A stretch of 49,607 nucleotides of DNA, taken from NCBI GenBank assembly GCA_036012445.1, contig DASCPJ010000102.1, forward strand, positions 1 through 49,607. Reading direction: 5' to 3'. Positions 27,829 through 37,348 of the stretch are shown piece by piece. The notes under the pieces are model-generated. The model worked only from the letters and a program-made list of their open reading frames with translations. It was not told the DNA's origin and searched no databases. The first letter of the stretch is position 1. Every line of letters starts with the position of its first letter. The translations under genes were made by a program, and so were the position numbers. Source of the stretch: Candidatus Nitrosopelagicus sp. Its GTDB lineage: Archaea > Thermoproteota > Nitrososphaeria > Nitrososphaerales > Nitrosopumilaceae.

Positions 27829-28856
27829 AAAAATTATTTTTCTTTTTCCTTTTGTTTTTGATTGCAAGTATGACTATTGTTACAATACCACATAATGTAA
27901 GTGCTGAATCACAGCTTGACATACTTGTAAGGATAACTGAACACACGAAACAGTATATCAAGAATGATATGAACAAAATAGGTAATATTTCTAATGAAAT
28001 CCAACAGCTATATGATAAAGGTCTTAAAGAAATTGATCTATTAACTGACGCTGCAGAAAATGAGGATGCTGTTTCAGCAAAACAACACTTTCATGCTGCT
28101 ATGACTACGTTCAAAAAAATTAGAATAGCGATTTCAGGACTAGAATCAGAAACTGTACCATTACAACATAGTGCTATTCAAAGTCAGACCATTAAAAAAT
28201 ATGAATGGAATATCAAAAAATTAAAGGATGTAAACCTGAAGTTGAATGCAAATATCAATTTTGACTCTATAGATGGATTGATGAATTTAGCTAAGAAAAA
28301 TCTGACTGAGGGAGATATTGGACAAAACCAACAAACGCTTGAGAAAATTGCAGACAAAGGACGTGAAATTCAAAAATTATTATATGATATAAGTCAGGAA
28401 GGCAAATTTGACAGAGCGAAACAATTTGCCATAGAATATACTAAAAATGTGGATCAGTTAATAGAATCAGCAAAAAAAATGGGTTTATCTGACACTGTAG
28501 GAAAATTAGAAAATTCTAAAACAATCATTATTCATGCAAATACCACAAATCAGATAGTAAATCAGCATAAAATTATCATTATTCTGAAATATAAAATCGA
28601 ACAAACAAATTATTTGCAACAAGCAAAACTTTTACAATTAAAATCAGTTATTTCCAGTCTTGAAAATCAAGCCAAAATACTAGCTGATCAGGTAACAGAG
28701 GATAACGCAGCAAAATATTTCCTTAAAAATATTTTTTATCTAATAGATGAGGCTAAAAAAGACTTGAAAAATTCTCCTGAATCAGTACCCGGAAAAATTA
28801 CAGAGATAAAAAACCTGCTTATAAAAACTGAAAAATTGATTAATAATTCATCATAA
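27825..28856 (+). CDS. Secreted all-alpha-helical hypothetical protein
   Basis: Signal peptide (VSA-ES), helical-bundle composition, 4-bp overlap with the upstream gene. Confidence 0.8.
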   Translation: MKKLFFFFLLFLIASMTIVTIPHNVSAESQLDILVRITEHTKQYIKNDMNKIGNISNEIQQLYDKGLKEIDLLTDAAENEDAVSAKQHFHAAMTTFKKIRIAISGLESETVPLQHSAIQSQTIKKYEWNIKKLKDVNLKLNANINFDSIDGLMNLAKKNLTEGDIGQNQQTLEKIADKGREIQKLLYDISQEGKFDRAKQFAIEYTKNVDQLIESAKKMGLSDTVGKLENSKTIIIHANTTNQIVNQHKIIIILKYKIEQTNYLQQAKLLQLKSVISSLENQAKILADQVTEDNAAKYFLKNIFYLIDEAKKDLKNSPESVPGKITEIKNLLIKTEKLINNSS

Positions 28857-28887
28857 ACTTCATATAGATTTTCCCAGAGTTGTGGAT

Positions 28888-29082
28888 ATGGCCTCGACAA
28901 AAATTATAGTATGTGTTGGAATACCTATGATCGTTACTGGTTTTTTGATTGCAATTCTTTGGGCACCAACGGCTTATGGTGTTGAATCAACAGTTGAATT
29001 TGTAGGAAGTTTAATTGGAATTATTGGAGTGATCTTTGTTATTGCTGGGTTATTTTATACAAAAGAACCAGTAGCGGCATAA
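28888..29082 (+). CDS. Small two-TM hypothetical protein
   Basis: Two hydrophobic helices. Confidence 0.7.
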   Translation: MASTKIIVCVGIPMIVTGFLIAILWAPTAYGVESTVEFVGSLIGIIGVIFVIAGLFYTKEPVAA

Positions 29083-29139
29083 TCAGATAATTTACTAATT
29101 ATCACGTTAATAAATAACAAAATTTGTAATAGATAATAA

Positions 29140-29853
29140 TTGAAAACTAGACTTTTTGAAATTTTTACTTCAATAGAGGGAGAGGGGATACTCTATGGAA
29201 CTAAAACTCTATTCATCAGATTTGCAGGATGCCCATTTTCTTGTTTTTATTGTGATACACCAGATGCGCTTCCATCAGATTCTGGCAAAGAATATTCAAT
29301 ATCTGAAGCATGTGACCTAATAGATAAAAATCTGCAAAATAATACATACAAAGTTAACTTTACTGGAGGTGAACCACTTGTACAGCACGAATCTGTCAAC
29401 GAACTTGCTAAACACATAAAATCAAAAGGAATTCTCACATACCTAGAGTCATCATGTTTTGATTCTCAAAAATTCTCTTATGTCTTACCATCTATCGATT
29501 TTGTAAAAATTGAATTTAAGACAAAGGATTCAGAAATGGTTGATACAAAACATTACACGGATCTTATGAAAAATACATTAGAATGTTTACATACATCTAT
29601 AAAAATGAAAAAAATAACATACATCAAAATAGTTGTAAGTTCAAAAACAGAACTGGATAATTTAAAAACTCTTTTGAAACAAATTTTTAAAATTGCATCA
29701 AGAGAGACGATTTCTGGATTCATAATCCAGCCAACATATGGTGTATCTGAACCTTCATTAGAAAAATTGTTGGAATTCTATGATTTAGTTTATCCATATT
29801 ATAGGGATGTGAGAGTCATTCCTCAATTACAAAAAATCATAGATGTCCCTTAA
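29140..29853 (+). CDS. queE: 7-carboxy-7-deazaguanine synthase (radical SAM)
   Basis: EIFTSIEGEG, FIRFAGCPFSCFYCDT, TGGEP and RVIPQLQK motifs; adjacent to folE and queC. Confidence 0.92.
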   Translation: MKTRLFEIFTSIEGEGILYGTKTLFIRFAGCPFSCFYCDTPDALPSDSGKEYSISEACDLIDKNLQNNTYKVNFTGGEPLVQHESVNELAKHIKSKGILTYLESSCFDSQKFSYVLPSIDFVKIEFKTKDSEMVDTKHYTDLMKNTLECLHTSIKMKKITYIKIVVSSKTELDNLKTLLKQIFKIASRETISGFIIQPTYGVSEPSLEKLLEFYDLVYPYYRDVRVIPQLQKIIDVP

Positions 29854-29932
29854 ATTTAACCGGATAAACTAGTACAGAAACAAGTCTTAAAAGATGAGGT
29901 ATAAATATTCAGTAATCTTTTCCCAATATTAT

Positions 29933-30490
29933 ATGGATGAGGAAAAAGTAAAAAAACTGATTAGAGAACTGATTATAGAAATTGGCGAAGACCCAACAAG
30001 AGAAGGACTAGCTAAAACCCCTGAACGTATTGTGGGTGTGTATAAAGAAATTTTTAATGGATACGAAGCTGATTCTGAATTATCTGTACAATTTTCAGAG
30101 GATTCAGAAATTGTGATAGTACGTGACATTCAATTTTATTCCATGTGTGAGCATCATTTATTACCATTTTTTGGGAAAATTCAGATAGTATATTCCCCAG
30201 ACGGAAGAGTCTTTGGAATATCAAAACTGGTCAGATTAGTTGAAAAATTTTCTAGAAGATTACAAATTCAGGAAAGGTTGACGAAAAATATCGCTGATGA
30301 ATTATATGCTGAAGGAGTCAAAGGAGTTGCTGTTTTAACGGAGGCAGAACATCTTTGTATGAAGATGAGAGGTGTACGAAATAACGCAAATGTCACATCT
30401 GGTGCTTTTAGAGGTATTTATGAGCGTAAAGAAGAAAAGGAAAGAATAATAGAATTAATCAAAAATCCTACAAAATCCTCTTTCCAATGA
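29933..30490 (+). CDS. folE: GTP cyclohydrolase I
   Basis: GEDPTREGLAKTPERI, SMCEHHLLPFFG, RLQIQERLT and HLCMKMRG motifs. Confidence 0.95.
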   Translation: MDEEKVKKLIRELIIEIGEDPTREGLAKTPERIVGVYKEIFNGYEADSELSVQFSEDSEIVIVRDIQFYSMCEHHLLPFFGKIQIVYSPDGRVFGISKLVRLVEKFSRRLQIQERLTKNIADELYAEGVKGVAVLTEAEHLCMKMRGVRNNANVTSGAFRGIYERKEEKERIIELIKNPTKSSFQ

Positions 30491-30532
30491 AAATTATTAA
30501 AAGATAAATAATCAATTTATCGGATTGGATCT

Positions 30533-30859
30533 GTGGTAGGACGTGATAATGCTCACATTCCAAAGGAATCTTGGCCAGCTTTCACTTGGTATCTTATAGA
30601 ATTTGCAATTGTATTTGCTGTTGCAAACCTAATCGCATTTCAAATAATACCTATGGTTGATGGAATGGTAGGAGAAAAGAGTCTTCTAATTTGTGAACAA
30701 GAATCATGGAAATCTAATTGTGCTCCATCAGAGGAAAAAATGTCTGATACAGGATTACTAAATTGGATATATTGGGGTATGGTTGGTGGAGTGTTCATTG
30801 GCTGGTATTTACTTATACGTGGATTCATTCTGAAAAAACCAATTCTCGGAAATCGTTAA
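30533..30859 (+). CDS. Two-TM hypothetical protein with a Cys pair in the loop
   Basis: 108-aa ORF with a GTG start. Confidence 0.7.
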   Translation: MVGRDNAHIPKESWPAFTWYLIEFAIVFAVANLIAFQIIPMVDGMVGEKSLLICEQESWKSNCAPSEEKMSDTGLLNWIYWGMVGGVFIGWYLLIRGFILKKPILGNR

Positions 30860-31533
30860 TCATAACGATAGACTGTTTTATCTTCAATATTGGCTTCTAA
30901 AAATGCCGCTTTACGATTATTACATGATTCACATTTACCACACTGTACTTTTTCATTACTATAGCAACTCCAAGTATTGAAAATATTATCTCCCAAAATA
31001 TTATAGCCTTTTTTTAATAATAGTTTTTTTGATAATTTTGCTTTGTATGGAGTCCAAATCTCTATCTTTTTTCTAATACCTGATTTGATACCATCAATTT
31101 CTCCTTGGTTAAATGACGATTCAATTTTTTTTGAAAAGACTGGTCTACAATCAGGATAATTTTTGTCACCCATATGTGCTCCATATGCAACCAATGAAGC
31201 ATTGATTGAAAAAGCCCAGGCAGTTGCAATAGATAAGAAAATTCCATTTCTGATTGGTACTACAATTGAATAATCAAATTTACCAGGAATATTTTTTTTT
31301 GAACTTGTCAAAACATTCGTGTCCCCATACAGATCCTTCATGAAATCAATGTTTACAATTTTATGCTTTTTTAAGCCTAAAATTTTTGCAAACCTTTTTG
31401 CTTTTTTTATTTCTTGGTTTGCTTTCTGACCATAAAGAAAAGAAATTCCGTACATCTCATATTTTGACTTCAAATACGCACACATACTAACAGAGTCAAT
31501 TCCACCACTGAAAACTACTACCGCTTTTTTCAT
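30856..31533 (-). CDS. queC: 7-cyano-7-deazaguanine synthase
   Basis: SGGIDS PP-loop, YGQ, VPIRN, YPDCRP and TWSCY...CGKCESC motifs. Confidence 0.94.
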   Translation of the reverse strand: MKKAVVVFSGGIDSVSMCAYLKSKYEMYGISFLYGQKANQEIKKAKRFAKILGLKKHKIVNIDFMKDLYGDTNVLTSSKKNIPGKFDYSIVVPIRNGIFLSIATAWAFSINASLVAYGAHMGDKNYPDCRPVFSKKIESSFNQGEIDGIKSGIRKKIEIWTPYKAKLSKKLLLKKGYNILGDNIFNTWSCYSNEKVQCGKCESCNNRKAAFLEANIEDKTVYRYD

Positions 31534-31534
31534 T

Positions 31535-32479
31535 TTAAACCCTAATCTTAGGACCCATACTAGGTTTACAGATGATTGTATCACAATCTATCTTTGCTGA
31601 ACTAAATCCTTTCTCCATAGACTTTGCAACTTTTTTTACATTTTGAGATTTTTTACAGAAAGCTATGATAGATGGTCCAGCCCCGCTTATTGTTACACCT
31701 AAAGCTCCTGCACGAAGTGCATTGTTCTTTACCTTTGAAAAACCTGGTATCAAGTGTTTTCTAGCCGGTTCAACAATTACATCCTGAATAGATCTTCCAA
31801 TAAGATCCGAATCTTTGAGCAAAAATCCAGAGACGATGTTAGCAGCATTTGACAGATTTTCTGTTAAATCTGATAATTTAACCGTCTTTGGAATTACGGC
31901 TCTTGAAACCTGTGTCTTTTTCTTTGGTACCTTTAATTTTGGAATTGCTACGCACAAAACCAAGTCCTTTGGAGGTTCTAGCCTAATGACACCAAATGGT
32001 TTTGTTTTAACTACCACAAATCCACCAAGTAATGATGCTGCAACATTATCATAATGAATAGTTCCAGCGCTTGCTTTTTCCCCTATTCCAGCATATTTGA
32101 CTAGTGTTTTGTTATCTAATTTTAGATTAAACAGTTTATTGAATGCTAGTGCAGCTGCAGCAGCAGAAGCTGCACTACTGCCCATTCCAAATCCAGCTGG
32201 AACACCTTTCTTAATTTTCATCTCAATCCCAGATTTTATCTTGAATTTTTGTTTCATTGATTTTATTACTAACCCAGCTGTGTTTTGTTGTGGATCTTTA
32301 GGTACATCATCTGTAGTTAGTATTCTAATTCCATGCCATGGTTTGTTTGTAGTGGATTTGTTAGTTTTGCTAAGTGTTATTTCGTCATGAAATGCATCTA
32401 ACGCTAGACCAAATACATCAAAGCCAGGACCCAAATTTGCTGTTGATGATGGCGCCCGCACCTTAACACTCGTAACCAT
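31535..32479 (-). CDS. thrB: Homoserine kinase
   Basis: ANLGPGFDVFG, PAGFGMGSSAA, HYDNVA and ISGAGPS motifs. Confidence 0.95.
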   Translation of the reverse strand: MVTSVKVRAPSSTANLGPGFDVFGLALDAFHDEITLSKTNKSTTNKPWHGIRILTTDDVPKDPQQNTAGLVIKSMKQKFKIKSGIEMKIKKGVPAGFGMGSSAASAAAAALAFNKLFNLKLDNKTLVKYAGIGEKASAGTIHYDNVAASLLGGFVVVKTKPFGVIRLEPPKDLVLCVAIPKLKVPKKKTQVSRAVIPKTVKLSDLTENLSNAANIVSGFLLKDSDLIGRSIQDVIVEPARKHLIPGFSKVKNNALRAGALGVTISGAGPSIIAFCKKSQNVKKVAKSMEKGFSSAKIDCDTIICKPSMGPKIRV

Positions 32480-33237
32480 TAATCTTCTACCTCTTCACCC
32501 AAGTTAATTATTCTACTAATGGCGCTTTCTAAATTAATCATTCCCTCTTCAGTTACGTTTGATATTGGGATCAACTCATCAACAAAATTACCGAGATTTA
32601 ATGATCTTATTATATCCATACTCAAAGAATACATTTCTCCATCCAAATCTTTTCCAATAGATTCTTCTAATTGCATAGGATTTGAAGACCAATTTAGAAT
32701 CTGATCAAGCTTATCAGCAATAAGATCACTTTTTGTAAGCAGATTTACAGTTGGTAATCCAAGCCTTAATTTGATCGACGCAGCAAGTAATGCAATTGAA
32801 ATAAAATTACTTGGAGAAGTGACCATAGTACCATCATGCAAAAACAGATTTAGTTTTTCATCTGCATTGATATTATGTACAAAGAATGGTCCACTAGTTC
32901 TATACGCGAATAATTCAATTTGTCCTGGTGTATCAATTATCAGATAGTCTGGATTCACTTTATTCACTTGATTTTCTATCTGCTCTATTTTTGATGCAAT
33001 AAGATCACTCGCCATAATCATGGAACCGTTTGGACCCAAATCATATTGTTTCATTATTGCTAGAATGTCAACATAATCTCTTACATCAACATCTGGTTTG
33101 TATGGAAGTGATTCAACACCTGGATCTAAATTTAGAATTGACGCAAAGACACCATTTTGTTCATAATACTGTAAAATTCTTGAGGCTAGTATTGACTTGC
33201 CCGCTCCCGCTGTGCCTGTTATAAAAATCGCTTTCAA
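32479..33237 (-). CDS. GPN-loop GTPase
   Basis: GTAGAGKS, NLDP, LGPNG, DTPGQIE and TKSD motifs. Confidence 0.92.
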   Translation of the reverse strand: MKAIFITGTAGAGKSILASRILQYYEQNGVFASILNLDPGVESLPYKPDVDVRDYVDILAIMKQYDLGPNGSMIMASDLIASKIEQIENQVNKVNPDYLIIDTPGQIELFAYRTSGPFFVHNINADEKLNLFLHDGTMVTSPSNFISIALLAASIKLRLGLPTVNLLTKSDLIADKLDQILNWSSNPMQLEESIGKDLDGEMYSLSMDIIRSLNLGNFVDELIPISNVTEEGMINLESAISRIINLGEEVED

Positions 33238-33295
33238 TCTTCTGTCAGAATATATCTTCTTATTGGCTTATATTTGAATTCATAAAAATTCAGCA

Positions 33296-34393
33296 ATGAA
33301 CTGGAGAATTGCAGTTATTCCTGTAACTATGATTCCTATTATTATAATCATCATTCAATTTGACATAAAATTAGATGACGTGTTCGCTATAGGCATATTA
33401 CCATTTATCGCTGCCATCTTAGCCATGATGGTAAAATTAGGATTACAAGGTCTGAAACTAAGTTACATTGCAAGATCATTTCTAGGCAATTTTGATTCTA
33501 TCAAGAGATTGGCAGCGATGAGAATAGGTAGTGAATTCATCAAATTTACAACACCAATGTTTGTCGGCGCTGAATTTGTGGTAATTTATTATATGACCAA
33601 GAAGGGTATTTCACCATCAAAGGCATCGTGGGTTGCACTTCTTGATATTGTAACCGAAGTTTTTGCTGGCGGACTTTTATCAATTCTTGCTGGAATTTTT
33701 GCATTACTGAATGGTGCTTATGTTGTTGCTGCAATAATTTTAGGAACTAGCATATTTGTCACTACGTTATGGGTTGTTTTATTTTTCGCTTCAGCAAAAC
33801 ATACTTTTCATTTACCAAAAGGAATAGCAATGTTACTTACAAAATTTGGTGGAGTGCGTGGTGAAAAGTATGCAAAACAAACTGATGAATGGATTGGTGA
33901 AGTCTGTACAATGAGTAGAGAAAATCTTGGTTCAAAGAAATCAAAGAAAGTATTTTGGGTTGGCTTTTTTATGTCTTTAGTCTCATGGACATTTTATGGT
34001 ATTTCATTTTTGGCAATAGCCATTGGCGTTGGTATGACTATAGAACTATTCGAGTCAGTAATGGCTGTAATGGGTGCAAATGCAATAGGAAATCTACCAA
34101 TTACAATCGGCGGTTCTGGATTAGCGGAATTTGGTATTGTAGCTTATCTTAACAATCTAAACCCATTTAATTTGGTAATTCCAGAAGAGGGACTTGAATG
34201 GAATGCTGTAATAGGTTGGAGAATTGCAACATATTACATTCCAATCGCAGTGACTTGGATTCTTTTAATGAAACTTGCTTTAGGTAAATTTGTAAAACCT
34301 AAAACACTTCATCAAAAATGTCCAATTTGTGGAAATATGATTAATGATATTGAATTTGCCAGTCATATGCAACAGAAACATTCAACCGCATAG
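33296..34393 (+). CDS. Flippase-like membrane protein (lysylphosphatidylglycerol synthase TM / UPF0104) with a C-terminal C2H2-like tail
   Basis: TPMFVGAE, PITIGGSGLAE and WRIATYY motifs; CPIC-x11-H-x4-H at the end. Confidence 0.85.
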   Translation: MNWRIAVIPVTMIPIIIIIIQFDIKLDDVFAIGILPFIAAILAMMVKLGLQGLKLSYIARSFLGNFDSIKRLAAMRIGSEFIKFTTPMFVGAEFVVIYYMTKKGISPSKASWVALLDIVTEVFAGGLLSILAGIFALLNGAYVVAAIILGTSIFVTTLWVVLFFASAKHTFHLPKGIAMLLTKFGGVRGEKYAKQTDEWIGEVCTMSRENLGSKKSKKVFWVGFFMSLVSWTFYGISFLAIAIGVGMTIELFESVMAVMGANAIGNLPITIGGSGLAEFGIVAYLNNLNPFNLVIPEEGLEWNAVIGWRIATYYIPIAVTWILLMKLALGKFVKPKTLHQKCPICGNMINDIEFASHMQQKHSTA

Positions 34394-34427
34394 AAACCAC
34401 TTTATTTTTCTGTTATCACTCTAAATC

Positions 34428-35234
34428 ATGAATTTCAAGAATAAAGTAATTGTAATTACTGGCGCTTCAAGCGGAATTGGTGAGGCATCAGCTATCAAAT
34501 TTGCTAAAAAAAATGCTAAAATTGTTTTAGTAGCTAGAAGAAAGGAAAAATTACTTCAACTCCAAAAAAAACTCGTAAAATTTACAGATTCAACACTAGT
34601 TTGTCAATGTGACGTCTCCAATAAAACACAAGTGAAGGAAATGACAGATATTGTATTAGATACATTTGGCCGAATTGATGTTTTGATAAATAATGCAGGA
34701 TTTGTTATTTATGGAAAAGTGTCAGATCTAAGCATCGAAGAGATAGAATCACAGATGGAAACAAACTATTTTGGTATGATATACTGTACAAAGAATTTTC
34801 TTCCGCATATGATTGAACAGGGAAAAGGTCATATTGTGAACGTTGCATCAGTGGGTGCTAGTTTTGGGGTTCCTGGTGTTGCCTCGTATTGTGCAACTAA
34901 ATTTGCTATGCTCGGTTTTTCAGAAGGGTTAAAACATGAATTATCTGGAACAGGTGTAGATCTTACTGTTGTAAGCCCAATAATGGTAGATACTCCTTTA
35001 TTTGATCATCCATCTTTTGAAAATTTTTCAAAACGTTCTACATTGGTTACCTTAAGCCCCAACACTGTTGCAAATGCAATTCTTAAAGCTGCAAATTCTT
35101 CAAGATTAGAGATTGTTGTTCCTTCAGTTGCAAGAGTTGGAATTTGGGCAAAACAAAATTTTCCATATATCATCAATCCAATAATTGGCAGTTCATTTAG
35201 AAAACAGCTAGAAAAAAGAAATAAATCAAAATAA
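34428..35234 (+). CDS. Short-chain dehydrogenase/reductase
   Basis: TGASSGIG, NNAG and YCATK motifs. Confidence 0.93.
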   Translation: MNFKNKVIVITGASSGIGEASAIKFAKKNAKIVLVARRKEKLLQLQKKLVKFTDSTLVCQCDVSNKTQVKEMTDIVLDTFGRIDVLINNAGFVIYGKVSDLSIEEIESQMETNYFGMIYCTKNFLPHMIEQGKGHIVNVASVGASFGVPGVASYCATKFAMLGFSEGLKHELSGTGVDLTVVSPIMVDTPLFDHPSFENFSKRSTLVTLSPNTVANAILKAANSSRLEIVVPSVARVGIWAKQNFPYIINPIIGSSFRKQLEKRNKSK

Positions 35235-35252
35235 CTCCATTAACAAATAGAA

Positions 35253-35624
35253 TTATCGTGAACCGTCATCCACTATTGTGATTTCAGTTAATTCAAATTG
35301 ATAGATTGCATCCATCTCAAGTTCCTTCTCGGTTTTTAAATATTCAATAACTTTTTTGTCTAAAGGAGCTTTGAGTGAATCAAACTTGAATTCATAAACA
35401 ACGCCTTTTTCAAGTTTATCCATCTTTATCTTTTTTGACAGATCAAGTGTAACTATGGATCGTCCATCTTCAACTGGGTCATAAAATTGGGCATCAATTT
35501 TGTTGTCTTTATCATAAACTTCCAGAACATATCCATTTCTTGTTAATTGTTCTGGTTTTCCAAACTTAGCATTTTTTATTTCATCTGTAACCCACCCTGG
35601 GATATCATCTTTCTTTTTTGCCAT
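35253..35624 (-). CDS. Hypothetical protein (possible OB-like beta fold)
   Basis: 123-aa ORF, co-oriented with its neighbours. Confidence 0.75.
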   Translation of the reverse strand: MAKKKDDIPGWVTDEIKNAKFGKPEQLTRNGYVLEVYDKDNKIDAQFYDPVEDGRSIVTLDLSKKIKMDKLEKGVVYEFKFDSLKAPLDKKVIEYLKTEKELEMDAIYQFELTEITIVDDGSR

Positions 35625-35636
35625 TGTCTATATTTT

Positions 35637-35951
35637 CTATTTATCTTTCTTACTTTTTTGCCACCATTCCAAGTAATCATATTGTTTATCTTCCTTTGTT
35701 GATTCTCGTTGGTTTAGCTTATCACGTATATCGAAAATTTGTTCTCTTGTTGCGTACAATCCACATCTCTTACAAATGAAATGTTTTGTTGAAGGATCAA
35801 GTTTCATAGGATATTCAAGATCTGAGCCTATGTCCCTATCATGAGGCATAACATACTCGGCATCCTCCTCACGTGCCTTTTCAGCCTCAGCCTCAAACTG
35901 CATTTTTAGCTTTTTTCTCTCTCGGAAAGTACATTCAGGGCAATTAGGCAA
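35637..35951 (-). CDS. Zn-ribbon-like hypothetical protein (CPEC...CKRC)
   Basis: TTG start at 35951 (MPNCPEC); two CxxC pairs separated by a charged helix. Confidence 0.75.
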   Translation of the reverse strand: MPNCPECTFRERKKLKMQFEAEAEKAREEDAEYVMPHDRDIGSDLEYPMKLDPSTKHFICKRCGLYATREQIFDIRDKLNQRESTKEDKQYDYLEWWQKSKKDK

Positions 35952-36011
35952 TGATGTCCAACAAAATTTTTTCCATAAAAGCGTTCGCATAATACGATTG
36001 ATCGCAAAAAA

Positions 36012-36084
36012 TGTCTGGTACGTGGATTACATCTTCATCCCATTACTGGTCAGTTCGCCCATCGAACATACCCCGTACCAGACA
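36012..36084 (-). ncRNA. Candidate small guide-type RNA (H/ACA-like or C'/D' kink-turn RNA)
   Basis: 11-bp perfect terminal stem, CTGA and ATGAAGA flanking a CCA-GTAA-TGG hairpin, 3' ACA then T6, upstream purine-rich BRE plus TTAATA. Confidence 0.7.
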
Positions 36085-36107
36085 CAAAAACTCATCGCAC
36101 AAAACTA

Positions 36108-37343
36108 TTAATTCTTTTTTTCAAGAATTTCTGCAATAATTTTCGAGGTTTTCTCAGCGCCATTATTATCAAAGTTTTCAGAAAACTCTTTCAATCTTTC
36201 TTCATATTTGTTATAATCATGCTTTATCTTTTTTACCGCCTTGATGACTTGCTTTTTGTCTTTTGCTAACAAACCCAATTTTTTTTCCTCTGCCCATTGA
36301 ATTTGATTTGTATGTTCATCATAAACGGGTATACCAATAATTGGTTTTGAATTGGTACCCATTATTTCTCCCATTACCGTATGTGATCCATTAATCACAC
36401 AAAATTTACAATTATTGATTACTGTTTGTTTCTCGTTTTCTGTAAGAAAACCAATATCAATTTGAATCCAATCAATTTTCTTTTCATATGCATCAAGTAA
36501 CGAGTATTTTTTTCCATCTTTTCCAATTACTTGATCAATGGATTTATCGTTTTTAGCATGTGAAATTATTCGACGTTCATTTTTCATTTCAGAATCATGG
36601 AAAACTTCTTCATATTTTTGACCGGTTCCATCATTTGTTGATTTATTTCCAGTTCTCATCCAATATCCAAAATCAGTTTCTTTCACCATATTTTCCAAAT
36701 TTGTTGAGGGTTCAGAACTAACTGATGCCTTGCCTGAAAAATGACCAACATATGTAACCTTATTTTTTATACTTTCTGGGAAATTCAAATTATATTCACA
36801 AATTGTATATGGTGGAGGTGAATCGGCTACTAATATCATTGATGCTTTTTCAATTTGTTTTGCAACAAAGTAAAGTGCTGGATAAAAATAACTGCGAGAT
36901 TTCCATAGTTTTGGCATGTATTGGTTTGTAACAAACAGACTTGGAATACCACGATTTTTTGCCAGTACGTTAGAACCCATATCTCCATCATTTATGACAA
37001 CATCAAACTTTTCTTTGTCATAAATCTGTGCTTCTTTTTTTAGATAATGTTTGATCTGTTTAACTAATGCCTTTTCTTTTGCTACTGGAAATAGTATATT
37101 GAGTAAGGATAATGGTACACTAGGACCATTTTTTCCATCTATGGGTGTTGGCATTAAAATTTCATGTATGTTATCTTTTTTATCTGGGAATTTTTGAAGC
37201 AGTTTTTCATATATTTCACCCTTACTGAAATAAAACATCTCAGGTTTTTCAGTCAAGTAATTTGGTAAAACTGCATTGAGCCTCATCATTCTTGAGTAAT
37301 GTCCATTTCCCCACGGATAGATGAATTGACCTATTTTTTTCAT
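36108..37343 (-). CDS. GT-B glycosyltransferase (GT28/MJ1255-like)
   Basis: WGNGHYSR N-terminal motif; NGSHTVMGE...PIIGIP...EH donor-binding motif. Confidence 0.85.
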   Translation of the reverse strand: MKKIGQFIYPWGNGHYSRMMRLNAVLPNYLTEKPEMFYFSKGEIYEKLLQKFPDKKDNIHEILMPTPIDGKNGPSVPLSLLNILFPVAKEKALVKQIKHYLKKEAQIYDKEKFDVVINDGDMGSNVLAKNRGIPSLFVTNQYMPKLWKSRSYFYPALYFVAKQIEKASMILVADSPPPYTICEYNLNFPESIKNKVTYVGHFSGKASVSSEPSTNLENMVKETDFGYWMRTGNKSTNDGTGQKYEEVFHDSEMKNERRIISHAKNDKSIDQVIGKDGKKYSLLDAYEKKIDWIQIDIGFLTENEKQTVINNCKFCVINGSHTVMGEIMGTNSKPIIGIPVYDEHTNQIQWAEEKKLGLLAKDKKQVIKAVKKIKHDYNKYEERLKEFSENFDNNGAEKTSKIIAEILEKKN

Positions 37344-37348
37344 AATCT

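Noticed and set aside
36012-36084. Considered as 5S rRNA, tRNA, hammerhead ribozyme or MITE
   Set aside because: Too short and lacking 5S motifs; no cloverleaf; no CUGANGA/GAAA core; single copy in the window, no clear target-site duplication and no transposase
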